Of a DNA stretch of 64,000 nt, positions 61,593 to 64,000 are shown one piece after another; positions within the stretch are counted from its first letter, which is position 1, and every line of letters starts with the position of its first letter. A program made the position numbers and the translations under genes. Under the pieces are notes generated by a model. The model had not been told where the DNA came from. It saw only the letters and a list, made by a program, of their open reading frames with translations, and did not search any database. The stretch is from NCBI GenBank assembly GCA_051313645.2, contig JBNRSN020000003.1:10726001-10790000 (forward strand). Direction: 5' to 3'. Source of the stretch: Centroscyllium fabricii. Its lineage: Eukaryota.

Positions 61593-62334
61593 ATAAGTAA
61601 TAAGTGACCTCCCTATACTACCTACCAAAATGCAATACCTCACATTCATCTGTGTTGAACTTCATTTGACAATTATTTGCTCATTCTGCAAGTTTATTAA
61701 TGTCCTTTTGTAATTTGTTGCAGTCCTCCTCAGTATTGACTACCCCCCCCAATTTAGTGTCATATGCAAATTTAGAAAGTGTTTTTGATTCCAAAGTCTA
61801 AATCGTTAATGTAATTTGTGAACAGCAGTGGTCCCGGCACTGAACCTTGTGGAACACCACTACCCACCTTCTGCCACTGTGAATAGCTACCCTTTACTCC
61901 CAGTTTCTGTCCTGAAGCCAGCCAGCAATCCATTCTGCTACTTGTCCCGAATCCGCATTCTCCGACCTTCATTAGTCTATTATGGGGTACCTTATCGAAG
62001 GCCTTTTGAAAATCTAGATAAATTACATCTACTGCATTACCCTTGTCTAATCTCTGTTACCTCTTCAATTTTTTTTATTAAGGTTGGTCAAGCAAGATTT
62101 TCCTCTTTTAAAATCCATGCTGACTATTTATTTTTACACTTTTTGTTTCTAGATATTCTTCGATACTCTGCAGTAGCGAATCCATTATTTTTCCTACCAC
62201 CAATGTTAAGCTGACTGGTCTATAATTCCCTGAACATGTTCTGTCTCCCTTCTTAAATATAGGTATTACGTTAGCTGTCCTCAAGTCATCTGGCACTACA
62301 CCTTTTTCTAATGAATGATTAAATATGTGCAGAG

Positions 62335-64000
62335 CTCAGAGCGGCGGTGGTGGCGAGAGGATCGGCGGCAGCGGCGGTTTAAAAGGAGGCTCCCGAGACT
62401 AGGGAGACCTCAGAGCGGCGGCAGCGCCGGTTTAAAGGAGGCTCCTGAGACCAGGTAGGCGTACCAGTCTCCTAAGCTCAGTGAGGGAAAGTAGTAAAAA
62501 GTAATCGAAGTGTGATGTCACCAGAAAGCAGCGAAGTGATTCGGTGGTGAGTATTTCTTTCTTTTTAAACTTTAACTTGGTGGTTTATAGTTTCTAAGCT
62601 CTCTGTGGTGCAGCGGGGACTGTGTTTAAACCAGAGCCCTTAAAAATATCATTTAACGGTTGGGTAATTGGTGGGATTGATTAATTAATTGAAATTAAAT
62701 TAAATCCAAAGGTTAAGTCATGGCAGGGCAGTCTGGTGCCGTAGTGTGTTCCTTCTGCACTATGTGGGAAATCAGGGACACTTCCGGTGTCACTTACGAC
62801 CATGTGTGCAGGAAGTGTATCCAGCTGCAGCTACTGACAGACCACATTGCGGCGCTGGAGCTGCAAGTGGAGACATACTGGAAGATTCGTGATGCTGAGG
62901 ATGACGTGAATAGCATGTTTAGCGAGTTGGTCACACCACAGGCAAAGGCTGCTCAAGCAGAAAGGGAATTGGTGACCAACAGGCAGAGTAGTAGGCACAG
63001 GCAGGTAGTGCAGGGGCCCCTGCGGCCATCCTCCTCTAAAACTGATATATCATTTTGGATACTGATGGGAGGATGGCTTACCAGCGGAAGATAGCAGCAG
63101 CCAACTTCCTGGCACCAGGGATGGTTCTGCTGCACAGGACGGGAGGAAAGAGTGGGAGAGCTATAGTGATCGGGGATTCTATTGTAAGGGGAATAGATAG
63201 GCATTTCTGCAGCTGCAAACGAGACTCCAGGATGGTGTGTTGCCTCCCTGGTTCAAGGGTCAAGGATGTCTCAGAGCGACTGCAGAACATTTTGGAAAGG
63301 GAGGGTGAACAACTAGTTGTCGTGGTGCATATAGGTACCAACAATACAGGTAAAATGAATACGTGGCTAGAGGAATGGTGCAAGAGGGAGGGATTCAAAT
63401 TCCTGGGACATTAGAACCGGTTCTGGGGGAGGTAGGACAGTGCAAACAGGACGGTCTGCACCTGGGCAGGGCTGGGACCGATGTCCTCGGGGGAGCGTTT
63501 GCCAGTGCTCTGGGGGAGGGTTTAAACTAAAATGGCAGGGGGTTGGGAACCTGAGCGGGGAGACAGAGGAAAGGGAAACAAGGATAAAAGCAAAACACAG
63601 GAAGGAGAAAAACAAAAGTGGTAGACAGAGAAATCAAGGGTTTAAATCAAACATGGCCACAGTAAAAAAATAATTCTAAAAGATTTAAGAGCGTTAAAAA
63701 AGCAAGCCTGAAGGCTTTGTATCTTAATGCGATGAGCATTCGTAATAAGTTGGATGAATTAGCTGCGCAAATAGATGTAAACGGATATGATATGATTGGG
63801 ATAACGGAAACATGGCTCCAGGGTGACCAAGGCTGGGAGCTCAACAACCAGGGGCATTCAATATTCAGGAAAGGTAGGCAAAAAGGAAAAGGAGGTGGGG
63901 TAGCATTGCTGGTTAAAGAGGGGATTAACACAATTGTAAGGAAGGAGATTAGCTCTGATGATGTGGAATCTGTATGGGTAGAACTTAGAAGTACCAAGGG
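62335..64000 (+). mobile_element. 5' part of a CR1 LINE: 5'UTR, ORF1 (zinc finger/zipper plus SGNH esterase) and start of ORF2 endonuclease, degenerate
   Basis: CSFCTMWE...CRKC..LQLL, IVIGDSIVRG, CLPG, VHIGTN; LYLNA.SI.NK.DEL, IGITETWL, GGGVALLVK. Confidence 0.92.

Larger units (their letters stand above)
59912..62330 (-). mobile_element. Older CR1 LINE fragmented by MITE, SINE and Penelope pLTR insertions
   Basis: RLRGDLIEVFKI (59992-60354), GVPQGSV.GP (about 61830-61860), NYRPVSLT (about 62205-62230). Confidence 0.85.

Overview
Vertebrate, almost certainly elasmobranch (shark/ray), genomic DNA, inferred from HE1-type V-SINEs, SacSINE1-like Deu-SINEs and dense CR1 LINEs. The only host gene I can support is ZFYVE28 (Lst2) on the minus strand, with four internal coding exons (21193-21297, 10212-10375, 3453-3569, 286-390). 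The FYVE-coding exons lie to the left of the window and the upstream exons are apparently beyond 64000. Most of the remaining sequence is intronic, nested mobile DNA: many CR1 fragments plus a CR1 5' end with ORF1; a young full-length Gypsy LTR element (24730-29457) with no tRNA-type PBS, a 13-nt leader complementary to its own LTR poly(A) signal, and a YLDN RT motif; two Penelope-like families whose pLTRs carry minimal hammerhead-ribozyme motifs; two independent inverted insertions of a composite hAT element carrying a SINE and a minisatellite; Harbinger, Tc1/mariner and hAT MITEs; and a solo LTR nested in another solo LTR. Most ORFs in the supplied track are repeat-derived or spurious. Family names come from motif recognition by eye, not database searches, and the ends of degraded repeats are approximate.
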